DNA of 40,795 bases from a virus (lineage: Duplodnaviria; Heunggongvirae; Uroviricota; Caudoviricetes). The stretch covers positions 1 to 40,795 of the IMG/VR virus record IMGVR_UViG_3300021399_000116. One strand, given 5' to 3'. Positions 1-9,390 of this stretch are shown here, one piece after another (positions within the stretch are counted from its first letter, which is position 1; every line of letters begins with the position of its first letter). The translations under genes were made by a program, and so were the position numbers. The notes below the pieces were generated by a model. The model had not been told where the DNA came from and searched no databases. It worked only from the letters and a program-made list of their open reading frames with translations.

Positions 1-43
1 AAGGAAATACTGCAGGAGTAAAATTTAAAATGAGGTGATTTAT

Positions 44-208
44 ATGAAATTATTATCAAAAGCAGATACTATAGTAGAATGTCCTAGATGCAAACAACCT
101 GAGTACTGGGAATGTATGCATGTTAAAGACGGAGAATACTACTGTAGAAAATGTATATATGATAAGATGAATATTAAAAATCATCCAACTTTTCCAGATA
201 AAGATTAA
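44..208 (+). CDS. small Zn-ribbon protein (54 aa, not in ORF track)
   Basis: Manual translation MKLLSKADTIVECPRCKQPEYW...YYCRKC; two CxxC pairs; SD GAGGTG upstream. Confidence 0.7.
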   Translation: MKLLSKADTIVECPRCKQPEYWECMHVKDGEYYCRKCIYDKMNIKNHPTFPDKD

Positions 209-237
209 CTTTCATAGAAAGGAGATAGTAATTTAAA

Positions 238-723
238 ATGAAAACAGACTTCAAGGACATGAAACATCAAAGAGTATATATCAAAAATTTTATTAACAGA
301 AGATTTATAGGAGAAAAACAGTGTGCAGTTTGTTCTAGTAATGAAAATTTATCTGTAATACACAATAAAGAAAACCCATATCAAATAAGTTTCATTTGTA
401 AAGATTGTAAAAGTAAACTTGCTAGAAAAGACTTAGAAAATCTTCCTAAGGTAGACATACTTAAAAACATAGAAGTTAACAAAAGATATTCTCACTCAAA
501 AGATTTAGTACTAGACTCAAAAATGAAGTTCATTGTAGAACATTCATTAGAGACAGACTTGAGTATGATGAATTATCTTAAATCACACAACATATCATAT
601 CACAGATTTAAGATAGCCACTAAAATCTATGAAAAAGAAGTAGCTCCGATAGAAAAAGATATAAAAAATCATTTTAAAAGATTGCGCGTTAAAAATATAT
701 CAAAAACTAAGACCTCAGAATGA
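238..723 (+). CDS. hypothetical protein with Zn-finger / degenerate HNH-like N-terminus
   Basis: CAVC...H...ICKDC; SD AAGGAG; stop codon lies inside the downstream terminator hairpin. Confidence 0.6.
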   Translation: MKTDFKDMKHQRVYIKNFINRRFIGEKQCAVCSSNENLSVIHNKENPYQISFICKDCKSKLARKDLENLPKVDILKNIEVNKRYSHSKDLVLDSKMKFIVEHSLETDLSMMNYLKSHNISYHRFKIATKIYEKEVAPIEKDIKNHFKRLRVKNISKTKTSE

Positions 724-745
724 CCTCTGAGGCATTTTTATTTTG
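713..745 (+). terminator. intrinsic terminator, CTCAGA/TCTGAG family copy 1
   Basis: Stem CCTCAGA-ATGACC-TCTGAGG followed by a T-rich tract. Confidence 0.75.
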
Positions 746-826
746 TTCTAATATAATTTTATATCCAATAATTTTGCTTTCTCTAAAACCATTCTAGTGC
801 AAATTTAAAAACTTTTGAAAAATCTA

Positions 827-855
827 TTTACAAATTTGAAATAATATTATAAAAT
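827..855 (+). promoter_or_regulatory. sigma-A-like promoter
   Basis: TTTACA-17 nt-TAAAAT upstream of SD AGGAGGTG. Confidence 0.6.
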
Positions 856-885
856 GTTTACAATTATAAAAGGAGGTGATGGGTT

Positions 886-1092
886 TTGGAAAACGAAGAT
901 TTAAAATTTTTAGAAGATGTAAGAGCTAGAGGTAAACTTTTAGAAGTTTTCGACTTAAGAAAATTTGATGACAGTCATTCTAAATCTGACAGGATAGAAG
1001 TTTGGTATGCAAGTGGAGAAGTTTTAGAATATGAGCTTACAGTCTTTATAAAATTTGAAAATGAAAAGATAGTTGGTTTTGACACTAAATAG
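886..1092 (+). CDS. hypothetical protein
   Basis: TTG start with strong SD AGGAGGTGA. Confidence 0.65.
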   Translation: MENEDLKFLEDVRARGKLLEVFDLRKFDDSHSKSDRIEVWYASGEVLEYELTVFIKFENEKIVGFDTK

Positions 1093-1127
1093 ATTGACAA
1101 CATATTAGTAAATAGGAGGTGAGATTT

Positions 1128-1280
1128 ATGGAAAATACAATTTTATTTCATATAACAGAAGACCAAGCTAAAATTTTATGCAATTATTATCATAAAAATA
1201 TAAATGATTTAGAAGAATATGAAATTTGTGAATTATTAGATAAAGCTATTGATGATTTATCTAAGTTGATGGAGGATTAA
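1128..1280 (+). CDS. hypothetical protein (50 aa, not in ORF track)
   Basis: MENTILFHITEDQAKILC...; SD AGGAGGTG; fills the gap before 1282. Confidence 0.7.
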   Translation: MENTILFHITEDQAKILCNYYHKNINDLEEYEICELLDKAIDDLSKLMED

Positions 1281-1281
1281 A

Positions 1282-1515
1282 ATGGCCTATTATAAAGATT
1301 ATTTAGTAAAAGAAGAAATAGAAAGAGCTATTGGATGTTTATCAGTTATACAAGACAACTTAAATGCAATTAGAACAGAATTAATGGTAAATGAAAAGCC
1401 ATATAAAAATTATTTAAGAGAGAAAATACAACCTTGTTTAAATGATATTTTAGTTTTAAATGAGATATGTAAAAGAAAAGATGAACATTTATATTACAAA
1501 GTGAAGGAGGACTAA
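1282..1515 (+). CDS. hypothetical protein
   Basis: SD GGAGG; tightly packed operon. Confidence 0.7.
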   Translation: MAYYKDYLVKEEIERAIGCLSVIQDNLNAIRTELMVNEKPYKNYLREKIQPCLNDILVLNEICKRKDEHLYYKVKED

Positions 1516-1516
1516 A

Positions 1517-1762
1517 ATGAATATTATAGCTTATGATTTTGAATTTATGAGACATATAGACTTAGAAAAAGATTTCAGTGAAAACTTAGAGAAGATAGTT
1601 TACTATTTATCTCATAGAGGTAGAACTGGTATTAGATTTAGATATTATGACGAAATGAAAGCTTTTGAAGCAAAGTTAAGATTAACTTTAGAGAATGTAT
1701 CTATGTTTAATAAAGGCTCAGTTCTAATAATTAAAAGAGAGGAGTTGAAAGAAGATGAGTAG
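1517..1762 (+). CDS. hypothetical protein
   Basis: SD AGGAGG; tightly packed. Confidence 0.7.
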   Translation: MNIIAYDFEFMRHIDLEKDFSENLEKIVYYLSHRGRTGIRFRYYDEMKAFEAKLRLTLENVSMFNKGSVLIIKREELKEDE

Positions 1763-2177
1763 ATGGACACATCTTGCTGGTGCTTTGATAGTAGAAACTT
1801 TTGAAGAAATTCCTGTAGAAAGTGCTAATGCATATTTTAGTGATAAACTATTAAATGCTCCTAAAGTTACTGGTTCAGAAAGAGATGCAGATTTATTTTT
1901 AAATGTAGTCCCAGGGTATAATGGATGTACATGGAATGAAGATGGCACTAAAGTAGAATTTCAATCTAAAGCTGTACTTACATTAGCCGGTAGTTTAAGA
2001 GATAGAGACCAGGGAACAGTAATAGAAGAATTAACTAAGTTTGCAAATTATATTGCTAATGACTTAGGGTGGATGATTGAAGAAAACACTTTTGCTATAA
2101 ATGATGATGGATTACAAAATATAGTAACAATAAGTCTTATAGATTTAGTGGAGGAAAAGAAGGATGAAGAGATTTGA
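1755..2177 (+). CDS. hypothetical protein
   Basis: SD GGAG; overlaps both neighbours. Confidence 0.75.
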   Translation: MSRWTHLAGALIVETFEEIPVESANAYFSDKLLNAPKVTGSERDADLFLNVVPGYNGCTWNEDGTKVEFQSKAVLTLAGSLRDRDQGTVIEELTKFANYIANDLGWMIEENTFAINDDGLQNIVTISLIDLVEEKKDEEI

Positions 2178-2586
2178 GTATAGAATACAAGGAACAGAAA
2201 GAGTACTTCATGAAGTAGATGAATTTTACATGAATGCTCCTCTTATAGATAGAGATTTTATATATAGAAATACTAAAGATAAAACTTCTAAGTATGAAGT
2301 TTATGACAATCTTCTAGGTAAAACGGTTTATAGAGAAGGCGATGAAAAGAACAAACCTACAGTTATACTAACTAAAGAGCAACAAGAGATGTTATTAGAT
2401 ACTATTTTCTTAGAGAATGCGGCAGAAGTTTTTGAAGATTTATCATATTTCACTGAAAAAAGAGACGATTTGAATGAAGAAGTAAGAGACCATTTAAAGA
2501 AAGGTTATTGGAGAAATAAAAAGAAGGCAGAAAGAGAAAGTAGAGAAAAATGGTTAGAATATGAAAGAAGTTTTGGAGGTATGTAA
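2164..2586 (+). CDS. hypothetical protein
   Basis: SD GGAGG; overlaps previous gene. Confidence 0.75.
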   Translation: MKRFEYRIQGTERVLHEVDEFYMNAPLIDRDFIYRNTKDKTSKYEVYDNLLGKTVYREGDEKNKPTVILTKEQQEMLLDTIFLENAAEVFEDLSYFTEKRDDLNEEVRDHLKKGYWRNKKKAERESREKWLEYERSFGGM

Positions 2587-3023
2587 TGAAAATAGATAAA
2601 GATAATAAAAGAATTAAACACATTATTGATGAAGAGATGAGATATATTTCTAATAAACTAGAGAAAAACATCTTTGATAAGCAAGACATTATAGACTTAG
2701 ATAAATCCTTTGATGATTGTTTTAATGCATTAAATAAAGTAGATAATAATATAACAGTATCAGCTTATAAAGTGCCTGGAGAAGTTCAAGTTAGAGAACA
2801 GCTAACTGCAGAAAACAAGACTGTAGAAAGTATGAGTGCAAATTATATAAGAAACACAATGCTTACTCTTATAGATAGATTAAATGAAGCTGAAGATTTC
2901 TATTTAGAACTACAATATTTTCTTACTTTTTCTAGTGGAATGTGTGTAGTATATTTAAAAAATATTTCTAGCTTAAATAATGGTACTAACTTATTTGAGG
3001 AGGTAGAAAAAGACTATGAATGA
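2586..3023 (+). CDS. hypothetical protein
   Basis: TAATG stop/start coupling; SD GGAGG. Confidence 0.75.
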   Translation: MKIDKDNKRIKHIIDEEMRYISNKLEKNIFDKQDIIDLDKSFDDCFNALNKVDNNITVSAYKVPGEVQVREQLTAENKTVESMSANYIRNTMLTLIDRLNEAEDFYLELQYFLTFSSGMCVVYLKNISSLNNGTNLFEEVEKDYE

Positions 3024-3270
3024 TGATATTTTATTGGCTATTTTATTATCAATACAAGACGATTTAGCTACTAATAATAAAACTAAAAAGTCTATAATAA
3101 GTAATATAAATGAATATGTAGTATGGTTACAAACTAGTACAGATTTATTTGGAAAAGAATATGAAAAATACAAATTAATATTAAGTTCTATTTTATACAA
3201 CTTAGTACATGATGATATTACACAAGCTAAGAATGATTTAGACAGTTATATAAAATCACTAATGCAATAA
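3016..3270 (+). CDS. hypothetical protein
   Basis: SD GGAGG; overlaps previous gene. Confidence 0.7.
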   Translation: MNDDILLAILLSIQDDLATNNKTKKSIISNINEYVVWLQTSTDLFGKEYEKYKLILSSILYNLVHDDITQAKNDLDSYIKSLMQ

Positions 3271-3281
3271 AAGAGAAATAG

Positions 3282-3310
3282 TTTACAAATTTAAAATTTT
3301 ATTATATAAT
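3282..3310 (+). promoter_or_regulatory. sigma-A-like promoter
   Basis: TTTACA-17 nt-TATAAT. Confidence 0.7.
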
Positions 3311-3336
3311 GTAAAAGAAAGAGAGGTGAATTGTAG

Positions 3337-3525
3337 ATGGGAGAAATTAAAAAAGATTGTTTTGCACTAGAAAGAAAAAAGGATAAAGATGGAAATATAC
3401 ACTTAGGATGCTCAGCTTTATCAGAAATGCTTTGTGTAAGTAAAGATAAATGTTCATTTTATATGTCAAGGTCTGATAAAGTTGCTAGAGATAGTAAATT
3501 AAGAGAGAAGGGTTACAATGTTTAA
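3337..3525 (+). CDS. small Cys-rich protein
   Basis: Four Cys (DCF, GCS, LCV, KCSF); SD GAGGTG. Confidence 0.7.
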   Translation: MGEIKKDCFALERKKDKDGNIHLGCSALSEMLCVSKDKCSFYMSRSDKVARDSKLREKGYNV

Positions 3526-4381
3526 AGTTATAGTTGAAGAAGATAACAATAAAATAGGAGAGTTTAAAGCTGAAAATATAATTATTGGTACTGATACAAA
3601 ATATGCGGTATTGGGAGATGATAAGGCATACGGTAATAGACTCTCTATTGTAGAAAAAATGTTAGAACTAATAATTCTAGATGCTTTTCAAACTAATTTA
3701 AAAGATAAAGAAAGAGACAGAAGCTTTAGTGATATAAGGAAAAAAGGCTATTCTAAGTCTGATTTAGAGCGTAAAGAAAAAGCATTTATGAAAGGATTAT
3801 CTTTTGTAGAAGAGAATTTAGAAAGAAGATTAAAGTTAGCATTTTATGATGAAGAAACTAAAAGAGAAGAAAAAGATTTTAGAGTTAAAATTATGAATAA
3901 AGACAATGTAGAAGTTTATTCAACTCTTACTAATGAGTGTATGCTTTCTACAGATAGCACTACAACAGTATTTTCTAAAAAGAATGAAGATAAAGAAATG
4001 AAAAACACTTGCTTTAAACTACTAATGAGTTGTATAGAATATGCTGCAATGTCCTTTGTAGCAGTTGAGAACAATAAAAGTATAAAAGAGATAAGTGAAG
4101 AAATAGATAAAGCTAACAAAGATACTTATAAGAAAGTTACGAATGCAATGGACAATATTTTTTATAATGTATTTGAAAACTATAAGTTATTCTTTTATGA
4201 TAAAAGATTACAAAATGGTGAAAAATATGTAGTAGATGATGACTATGTAAATAGTTATTCGGCTAATGAAGGGTTGAAGAGTATGTTAGGGAAGTTTGGA
4301 TTTAAGTTTAACTCAGATGAAGATGAAGACGATGACGATGATGACTATGATGACCCTACAGAGAGTAAATTTTTTAGTTAA
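3518..4381 (+). CDS. hypothetical protein with acidic C-terminal tail
   Basis: 287 aa ORF ending in a DEDEDDDDDDYDD tract. Confidence 0.8.
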   Translation: MFKVIVEEDNNKIGEFKAENIIIGTDTKYAVLGDDKAYGNRLSIVEKMLELIILDAFQTNLKDKERDRSFSDIRKKGYSKSDLERKEKAFMKGLSFVEENLERRLKLAFYDEETKREEKDFRVKIMNKDNVEVYSTLTNECMLSTDSTTTVFSKKNEDKEMKNTCFKLLMSCIEYAAMSFVAVENNKSIKEISEEIDKANKDTYKKVTNAMDNIFYNVFENYKLFFYDKRLQNGEKYVVDDDYVNSYSANEGLKSMLGKFGFKFNSDEDEDDDDDDYDDPTESKFFS

Positions 4382-4404
4382 TTTATAGAAAGGAAGTAGC
4401 AAAT

Positions 4405-5448
4405 ATGAGAGCAAAATGTAAAGATTGTGAGCAAATTATTGAAGAGTGGGGAAGTAGAAAAGACCACCTATGTAAACAATGTTATATAAGAAAAGTTAAT
4501 TGTAAAAATAGAGGAATAGAATATATTCCAGTAAAAGATTTAGATGAAAAAGAAAGAATGAAAGTTTTTAAAAGAAGAGGGATAGTACTTAAAGATAATA
4601 AAGCAACTGTAAAAAAGATTAAAGCAAAGATAATAAAAGATGAAGATACAATTTTAGATGAAGAAGCTGAGAGAATATTACATAATAAAGAAATAGTTTT
4701 AGAAGATATAGAAAAGACATTAAAATCAAACAATATAGACTTTAAAGCTGAAGATTATGATATTTATCCAATGATTATGTCACTAAAGTCATTCATAGAG
4801 ACATTTATTGAAAATAAAGATAAACTAAATACTGTAAAAACTATTTATAATAATATGTCTACAGATTATTGTCATTCTAAAGAATATTGGAGTACGGAGT
4901 ATTTTATGAATTTTATGAATTATTCTCCAGAGGAAAGAGCAGAGGTTAGAGCTAAAAAAGAAAATTGGGATAACATGCACAGTGTTCTATTAGGGTATAG
5001 AAGAATTGCAATGTATGTTATAAATCAATTTGAATTAGTATCTGGATTTTTTGATACTATTATAGATAATAAAGAGCAACTTAATATGTTTTTTGATGCA
5101 TGTGATAAATTAGAAAAATTTAAAGAGGCCTATGAAAATAAAAAGTATGTGGCTGAAAGTTCTAGTTTAGTGGCATCAGAGGATTTTTCACTTGGAATAA
5201 AAGAAGATAATGGCACAGAATTTATATTTAAAGTAGAGCTCAAAACTTATGGTTATAATTCACAAACTGGAAAAAGAACTGTGGGTTGTTTTACTAGAAC
5301 TTTTGAGGCAACTAGCAAAAAAGAAGCTCTCAAAAAATTAGCAGAATTTCATAAAGCTAGAGGATTTTCATGGAGTTACACAGAAAGTGAAGCAATAGTA
5401 ACTAATTTAGGACCAGTTCTTCAGACAGAGGTGAGTCCCCAGCAATAA
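4405..5448 (+). CDS. hypothetical protein with N-terminal Zn ribbon; probable N-terminal part of a frameshift-joined protein of about 704 aa
   Basis: CKDC...CKQC; SD AAGGAAG; ends AGT CCC CAG CAA TAA, overlapping a long start-less +1 frame. Confidence 0.75.
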   Translation: MRAKCKDCEQIIEEWGSRKDHLCKQCYIRKVNCKNRGIEYIPVKDLDEKERMKVFKRRGIVLKDNKATVKKIKAKIIKDEDTILDEEAERILHNKEIVLEDIEKTLKSNNIDFKAEDYDIYPMIMSLKSFIETFIENKDKLNTVKTIYNNMSTDYCHSKEYWSTEYFMNFMNYSPEERAEVRAKKENWDNMHSVLLGYRRIAMYVINQFELVSGFFDTIIDNKEQLNMFFDACDKLEKFKEAYENKKYVAESSSLVASEDFSLGIKEDNGTEFIFKVELKTYGYNSQTGKRTVGCFTRTFEATSKKEALKKLAEFHKARGFSWSYTESEAIVTNLGPVLQTEVSPQQ

Positions 5449-6520
5449 GGAGCCTGTAAAAGAGGCTCCCAGAAGTCAAGAGCCTCTAGAGCTTCCTAAA
5501 ATAGAAGTTCCTAAAATAGTAGAAGCTCCACCTCTTTTCAAAGAATATTTTTACACTTTTAGAGCTATAAAAGATAAAAAAGAGTATACTATAGATAGAA
5601 TATCTAGAGATGAAGATTGTATAAAGCTTAAAGAAAAATTAGAAAAAGAAGGATATACTAATATAGAATTAGTTAAAGCGAGAAAAGCTAAGAATAAAGA
5701 TAAAGAAGACATAACTTTAATAAGAACTATTCCAGATTTATATAAAGTAAGCTTTAGAATAAAAATAGATGGAAAGAAATATGATAAAGTATTTCTAATA
5801 GAGTCTACAGATAAAAATAAAGTTGCTGAACTATTAAGACTTAGATGCAAAAAAGAGTTTAATAAAGTTAGAAGCATTACTAAAATAAAAATAGAACTAG
5901 CAGATGAAAATGTAAAAGAAAGTTCTGTAGAAGTAGAAGAAAAAACTACTAAAGTAAAAGAAACAGAGATAAGTGAAGAAGAAATGAAAGAGGTGCATAG
6001 TAAAGTCTTAGAGTTAGTAGAGAATATAGCAGACAAGTTGAGTGCAGAAGGCTTAGCTACATCTATCTCTAAAAATCAAATAAAAGTTAAAATTAATAAA
6101 CCTACATTAAATACTTTATTTGAGAGTATAAGTACTAAACCTAATAATTTAGACATAAATGCACTAGAAAGTATAACTGTAGATTTTAATAGAAAAGAAG
6201 AAATAACTACTATTAGACCTACAAATCCAATGTTAAATTATTCTAATTATAATTGGTATACTTTAACTCCAGTTATAAATTCAGATACTCATGTTAATGT
6301 TAGTAGAATTTTAGCTAAGACACCCGCAAATGCAGTAATAATGTTTGCTAAGGCTGCAGTTACTGTAGATGCTAATGATAATGCATTTGCTAAAATGCTT
6401 ATAAAGTTTGTTAACTACTATGTATTATCAGAAGAGAAAACTAAGAAATTTAATAATATTCCAGGGCATGTAGTCAATAACATAGTACAAGATTTTTTAA
6501 ATGAATACACTGAAAATTAA
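5435..6520 (+). CDS. start-less coding frame (about 360 codons) continuing 4405..5448 in the +1 frame
   Basis: Frame of track ORF 5984..6520 is open back to TGA at 5432-5434 (…SNKEPVKEAPRSQEPLELPKIEVPKIVEAPPLFKEY…); no ATG before 5984; phage-like codon use. Confidence 0.7.
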   Translation, partial: VPSNKEPVKEAPRSQEPLELPKIEVPKIVEAPPLFKEYFYTFRAIKDKKEYTIDRISRDEDCIKLKEKLEKEGYTNIELVKARKAKNKDKEDITLIRTIPDLYKVSFRIKIDGKKYDKVFLIESTDKNKVAELLRLRCKKEFNKVRSITKIKIELADENVKESSVEVEEKTTKVKETEISEEEMKEVHSKVLELVENIADKLSAEGLATSISKNQIKVKINKPTLNTLFESISTKPNNLDINALESITVDFNRKEEITTIRPTNPMLNYSNYNWYTLTPVINSDTHVNVSRILAKTPANAVIMFAKAAVTVDANDNAFAKMLIKFVNYYVLSEEKTKKFNNIPGHVVNNIVQDFLNEYTEN

Positions 6521-6547
6521 GAGTAGATTTTCTACTCTTTTTTCTTG
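6519..6547 (+). terminator. intrinsic terminator
   Basis: AAGAGTAGA-TTT-TCTACTCTT followed by a T tract. Confidence 0.75.
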
Positions 6548-6588
6548 AAAATTTGTTAAAATACATAATATTTATAGGAGGAGTTGAT

Positions 6589-7194
6589 ATGAAAAAGGAA
6601 AAACTAAGCCCTAATGAACTATCTATCAAAGACAGAGAAAAAGAAAATGCTCTTAGAAGAGATTTATTCTTTTTAAAACCATTACTCTTAGGAATTAACA
6701 ATGAGAAAGAAATTTCTTTTAAAGATGCTCAAATGAAAATTAGGGATACAGATAAATCAAGATTTAAAGGTTCGGTTTTAATAATGTCAATAAATGAATG
6801 CTATAGACATATTTCTATTACTGCACTTTCTAAATTTTACGATAGAAATACTAAATATACTTTAATTGCTACAGATACAATAATAAATTCTTGGTATAGT
6901 AATGATAATTCAGAGACAGTAAGTACAACTAATGAAATGCTAAAACCAGATGTTTTAATTATTTTTGGTGATGATTCATTTAAAAGAGATACATCTAAAA
7001 ATACAAAGAGAAAAGTAGCTATAGAAATAATGTCTACAAGAAAATCATTAAATAAAGATACTTGGCTTTTCTGTAGAGCTGCAGATATTGACAGAGTTTT
7101 CGATAAGTCTTATGGCTTTGAACCATATCTAGACTCTATAATTGATTTAGACAGAATAATAGAAGACTATAGAAATAAGGAGGGAAATAACTGA
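6589..7194 (+). CDS. possible degenerate DnaC/IstB-like helicase loader
   Basis: Immediately upstream of the helicase; PDVLIIFGDD Walker-B-like strand and MSTRKSLNKDTWLF; no Walker A; start moved to ATG 6589 after SD GGAGGAG. Confidence 0.4.
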   Translation: MKKEKLSPNELSIKDREKENALRRDLFFLKPLLLGINNEKEISFKDAQMKIRDTDKSRFKGSVLIMSINECYRHISITALSKFYDRNTKYTLIATDTIINSWYSNDNSETVSTTNEMLKPDVLIIFGDDSFKRDTSKNTKRKVAIEIMSTRKSLNKDTWLFCRAADIDRVFDKSYGFEPYLDSIIDLDRIIEDYRNKEGNN

Positions 7195-8612
7195 TGAATG
7201 AATCACCTATGTTAGATATAAATCCTCAGTTAGAAGTAATACTAAAGTCTATAGATTTAGAAGACTCATACCTTTTAGAGCCTATTCTTAATTCACCTGA
7301 AGTAGATAAAATAGACAAAATAGATATACAAAAATATTTAAAATTGATGGAGATTTCTGGTAGACCTAGTACTCTACTTTTAGAAAAAGAGATTCCTGGA
7401 AGAAACTTTGAATTAGAACCTATAGAAAAAGAACTTTTACCAGAGTACATAGAAATTTTCTTATTTAATAAGAAAAATCTTAATACTTCAAAGAGTTTAA
7501 TGGAATTAAGCACTAAAGTAAGAACTGAAGGACTAGATGAAAAAGTTATAAAGCAATTAACAGATTTAACTAAAGTAGACCATGTAAAAAGAGAGTTTGT
7601 AAATATTAGAGATACTTTTGTTGATAAATATGAAAATAGTGAGTATAATGCAGGAATACCTATTGGAATAAAATTTATAGATGATATGGTAGGTGGAATA
7701 CACAAAGGAGAAATATCAGTAGTAGCGGGATTTGCAGGTCATTGTAAAACTACAGTTGCTGTAAATGCTGCATATAGTGCACTTACAAGAGGTCAGAATG
7801 TTTTATATTTGTCATTAGAGGTAACTAAAGATAACATATATAGTGATTTTATATCTAGACACTCAAATTCCAAGAAATTTAAAATGAGAATACCTCACTA
7901 TGGATTAAAGAAAAAGAAATTAAAAGATGAAGAATGGGATTATTCTAAAAGTGTAATAATGCCAGATTTTAACACCTCATTAACAGGTAAAGTGTATATA
8001 ATAGATGAAACAGACTTAGATAATTACAAACCATATAGTTTACTAACTAAATTCAGAGAAGTAGATAAAATAGCTCAAAAAGAAACTGGTCATGGAATAG
8101 ATGTAGTAGTAATAGACCATATACAACTTTTAAAATTTGGAGATGGTTCGGCTAGTTCTAATGGAGAAGTTATAAATAGTTACATATCATTTTTTAGACA
8201 ACAATGCATGGACTGGTTAAATAGTAGTAGACAAGTTGCAATGGTAATTTTATCTCAAACTAATAGAACTGGTTATCTAGAAGCTAAAGCAAATAGTGGA
8301 AAATATGGAGCAACAGCTATGGCAGAAGCTAATGAATTAGAAAGAGCAGCCACTTTAATTTTAACAGTTTATACAGAGGCAGAAATGAAAGACATGGGAA
8401 TAGCAAAAATGCAAATCTTAAAATACAGAGATAATAGAAATGATGATGACCCTACAGAGGTATCTATAGATTTAGCATATTATTTATTTAGTGATAGTAT
8501 AGACGGAGCATCAACAATTAGCGCTGAAGTTTCAGAAGACTTATTAGAACAACTTAGTGAAAATGAAGACAATCCTGAAAGTTTAGACTGGTTATATAAT
8601 GGAGGTTTTTAA
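7194..8612 (+). CDS. replicative DNA helicase, SF4 (DnaB/gp41-like)
   Basis: VVAGFAGHCKT (H1), VLYLSLEV (H1a), VVVIDHIQLL (H2), MVILSQTNR (H3), ELERAATLIL and ILKYRD (H4). Confidence 0.92.
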   Translation: MNESPMLDINPQLEVILKSIDLEDSYLLEPILNSPEVDKIDKIDIQKYLKLMEISGRPSTLLLEKEIPGRNFELEPIEKELLPEYIEIFLFNKKNLNTSKSLMELSTKVRTEGLDEKVIKQLTDLTKVDHVKREFVNIRDTFVDKYENSEYNAGIPIGIKFIDDMVGGIHKGEISVVAGFAGHCKTTVAVNAAYSALTRGQNVLYLSLEVTKDNIYSDFISRHSNSKKFKMRIPHYGLKKKKLKDEEWDYSKSVIMPDFNTSLTGKVYIIDETDLDNYKPYSLLTKFREVDKIAQKETGHGIDVVVIDHIQLLKFGDGSASSNGEVINSYISFFRQQCMDWLNSSRQVAMVILSQTNRTGYLEAKANSGKYGATAMAEANELERAATLILTVYTEAEMKDMGIAKMQILKYRDNRNDDDPTEVSIDLAYYLFSDSIDGASTISAEVSEDLLEQLSENEDNPESLDWLYNGGF

Positions 8613-8614
8613 TT

Positions 8615-8899
8615 ATGAAAAATAAAATTAGTGAAAGTTATTGGAATTATAGATTTATAGAAAAACCCATTTATGAGAAAGACAAAGAAGTAGATAAATA
8701 TTATGAATTAATAGAAGTATACTACGGTAATAATGGACAAATTGTAGCATGGAGTGATACCTCAAATAATGTAATTGCAGATTCTTTAGATGACCTAAAC
8801 GTCTTTATAAAGCAAATAAAATTAGCTTCTAAAAATACTGTTATGAAACTTGTAAATAGAAAATTAGTAGATACTAAAGAATACATGAGAAAGAAGTGA
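8615..8899 (+). CDS. hypothetical protein
   Basis: YWNYRFI...ELIEVYY pattern; SD GGAGG. Confidence 0.7.
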   Translation: MKNKISESYWNYRFIEKPIYEKDKEVDKYYELIEVYYGNNGQIVAWSDTSNNVIADSLDDLNVFIKQIKLASKNTVMKLVNRKLVDTKEYMRKK

Positions 8900-8903
8900 T
8901 AGA

Positions 8904-9326
8904 ATGGAAAATAAAATAGACTTAATTCTAGAGAAAAAGATAATAAATACATATATAAAAATGACAGACTTATTTGATAAACTAGGTATAGAATATAGTG
9001 AACACTCTAATATGTATTGTCCGTTTCACGGAAATTTTAATACACCTTCAGCGCACTATCATACAGATACAAATTTGTTATGGTGCTATAGTGAAAATAG
9101 AATGTACGGTAGTTGGGACGTGTTAAACCAATTTTATCCTAATTTAGATATAAATAAAATTGCTGTTGGAATAGCTAAGAAATTAGGAATAGAAGAAATA
9201 GAGAAAAAACTCGGAGAATTAGAAATAGATACTACTATACCTTTTGAAGATTCTCTTTTAAAGTTTAAACAAGGTAAAATATCTTACAAAGAATTATGTA
9301 GACAAATATCAGAGCACTATATTTAG
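8904..9326 (+). CDS. primase-type CHC2 zinc-finger protein without a catalytic domain
   Basis: MYCPFHGNFNTPSAHY...LLWCYS...GSWDVL matches the DnaG Zn-binding domain; only 140 aa, no TOPRIM domain. Confidence 0.75.
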   Translation: MENKIDLILEKKIINTYIKMTDLFDKLGIEYSEHSNMYCPFHGNFNTPSAHYHTDTNLLWCYSENRMYGSWDVLNQFYPNLDINKIAVGIAKKLGIEEIEKKLGELEIDTTIPFEDSLLKFKQGKISYKELCRQISEHYI

Positions 9327-9390
9327 CTCTGATATTTTCATTTTCAGAGCATAGTATATAATATAAACAGTAATATGAAAGGAGATAGAA

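Noticed and set aside
238-723. Active HNH homing endonuclease
   Set aside because: The Zn cysteines are present but the catalytic His/Asn pattern is incomplete; kept as hypothetical.
4315-4352. GAT/GAC trinucleotide-like repeat
   Set aside because: It simply encodes the acidic tail of ORF 3518..4381.
5984-6520. Track start at 5984 as an independent gene
   Set aside because: The same frame is open and coding-like for 183 more codons upstream, so the start is unlikely to be real.
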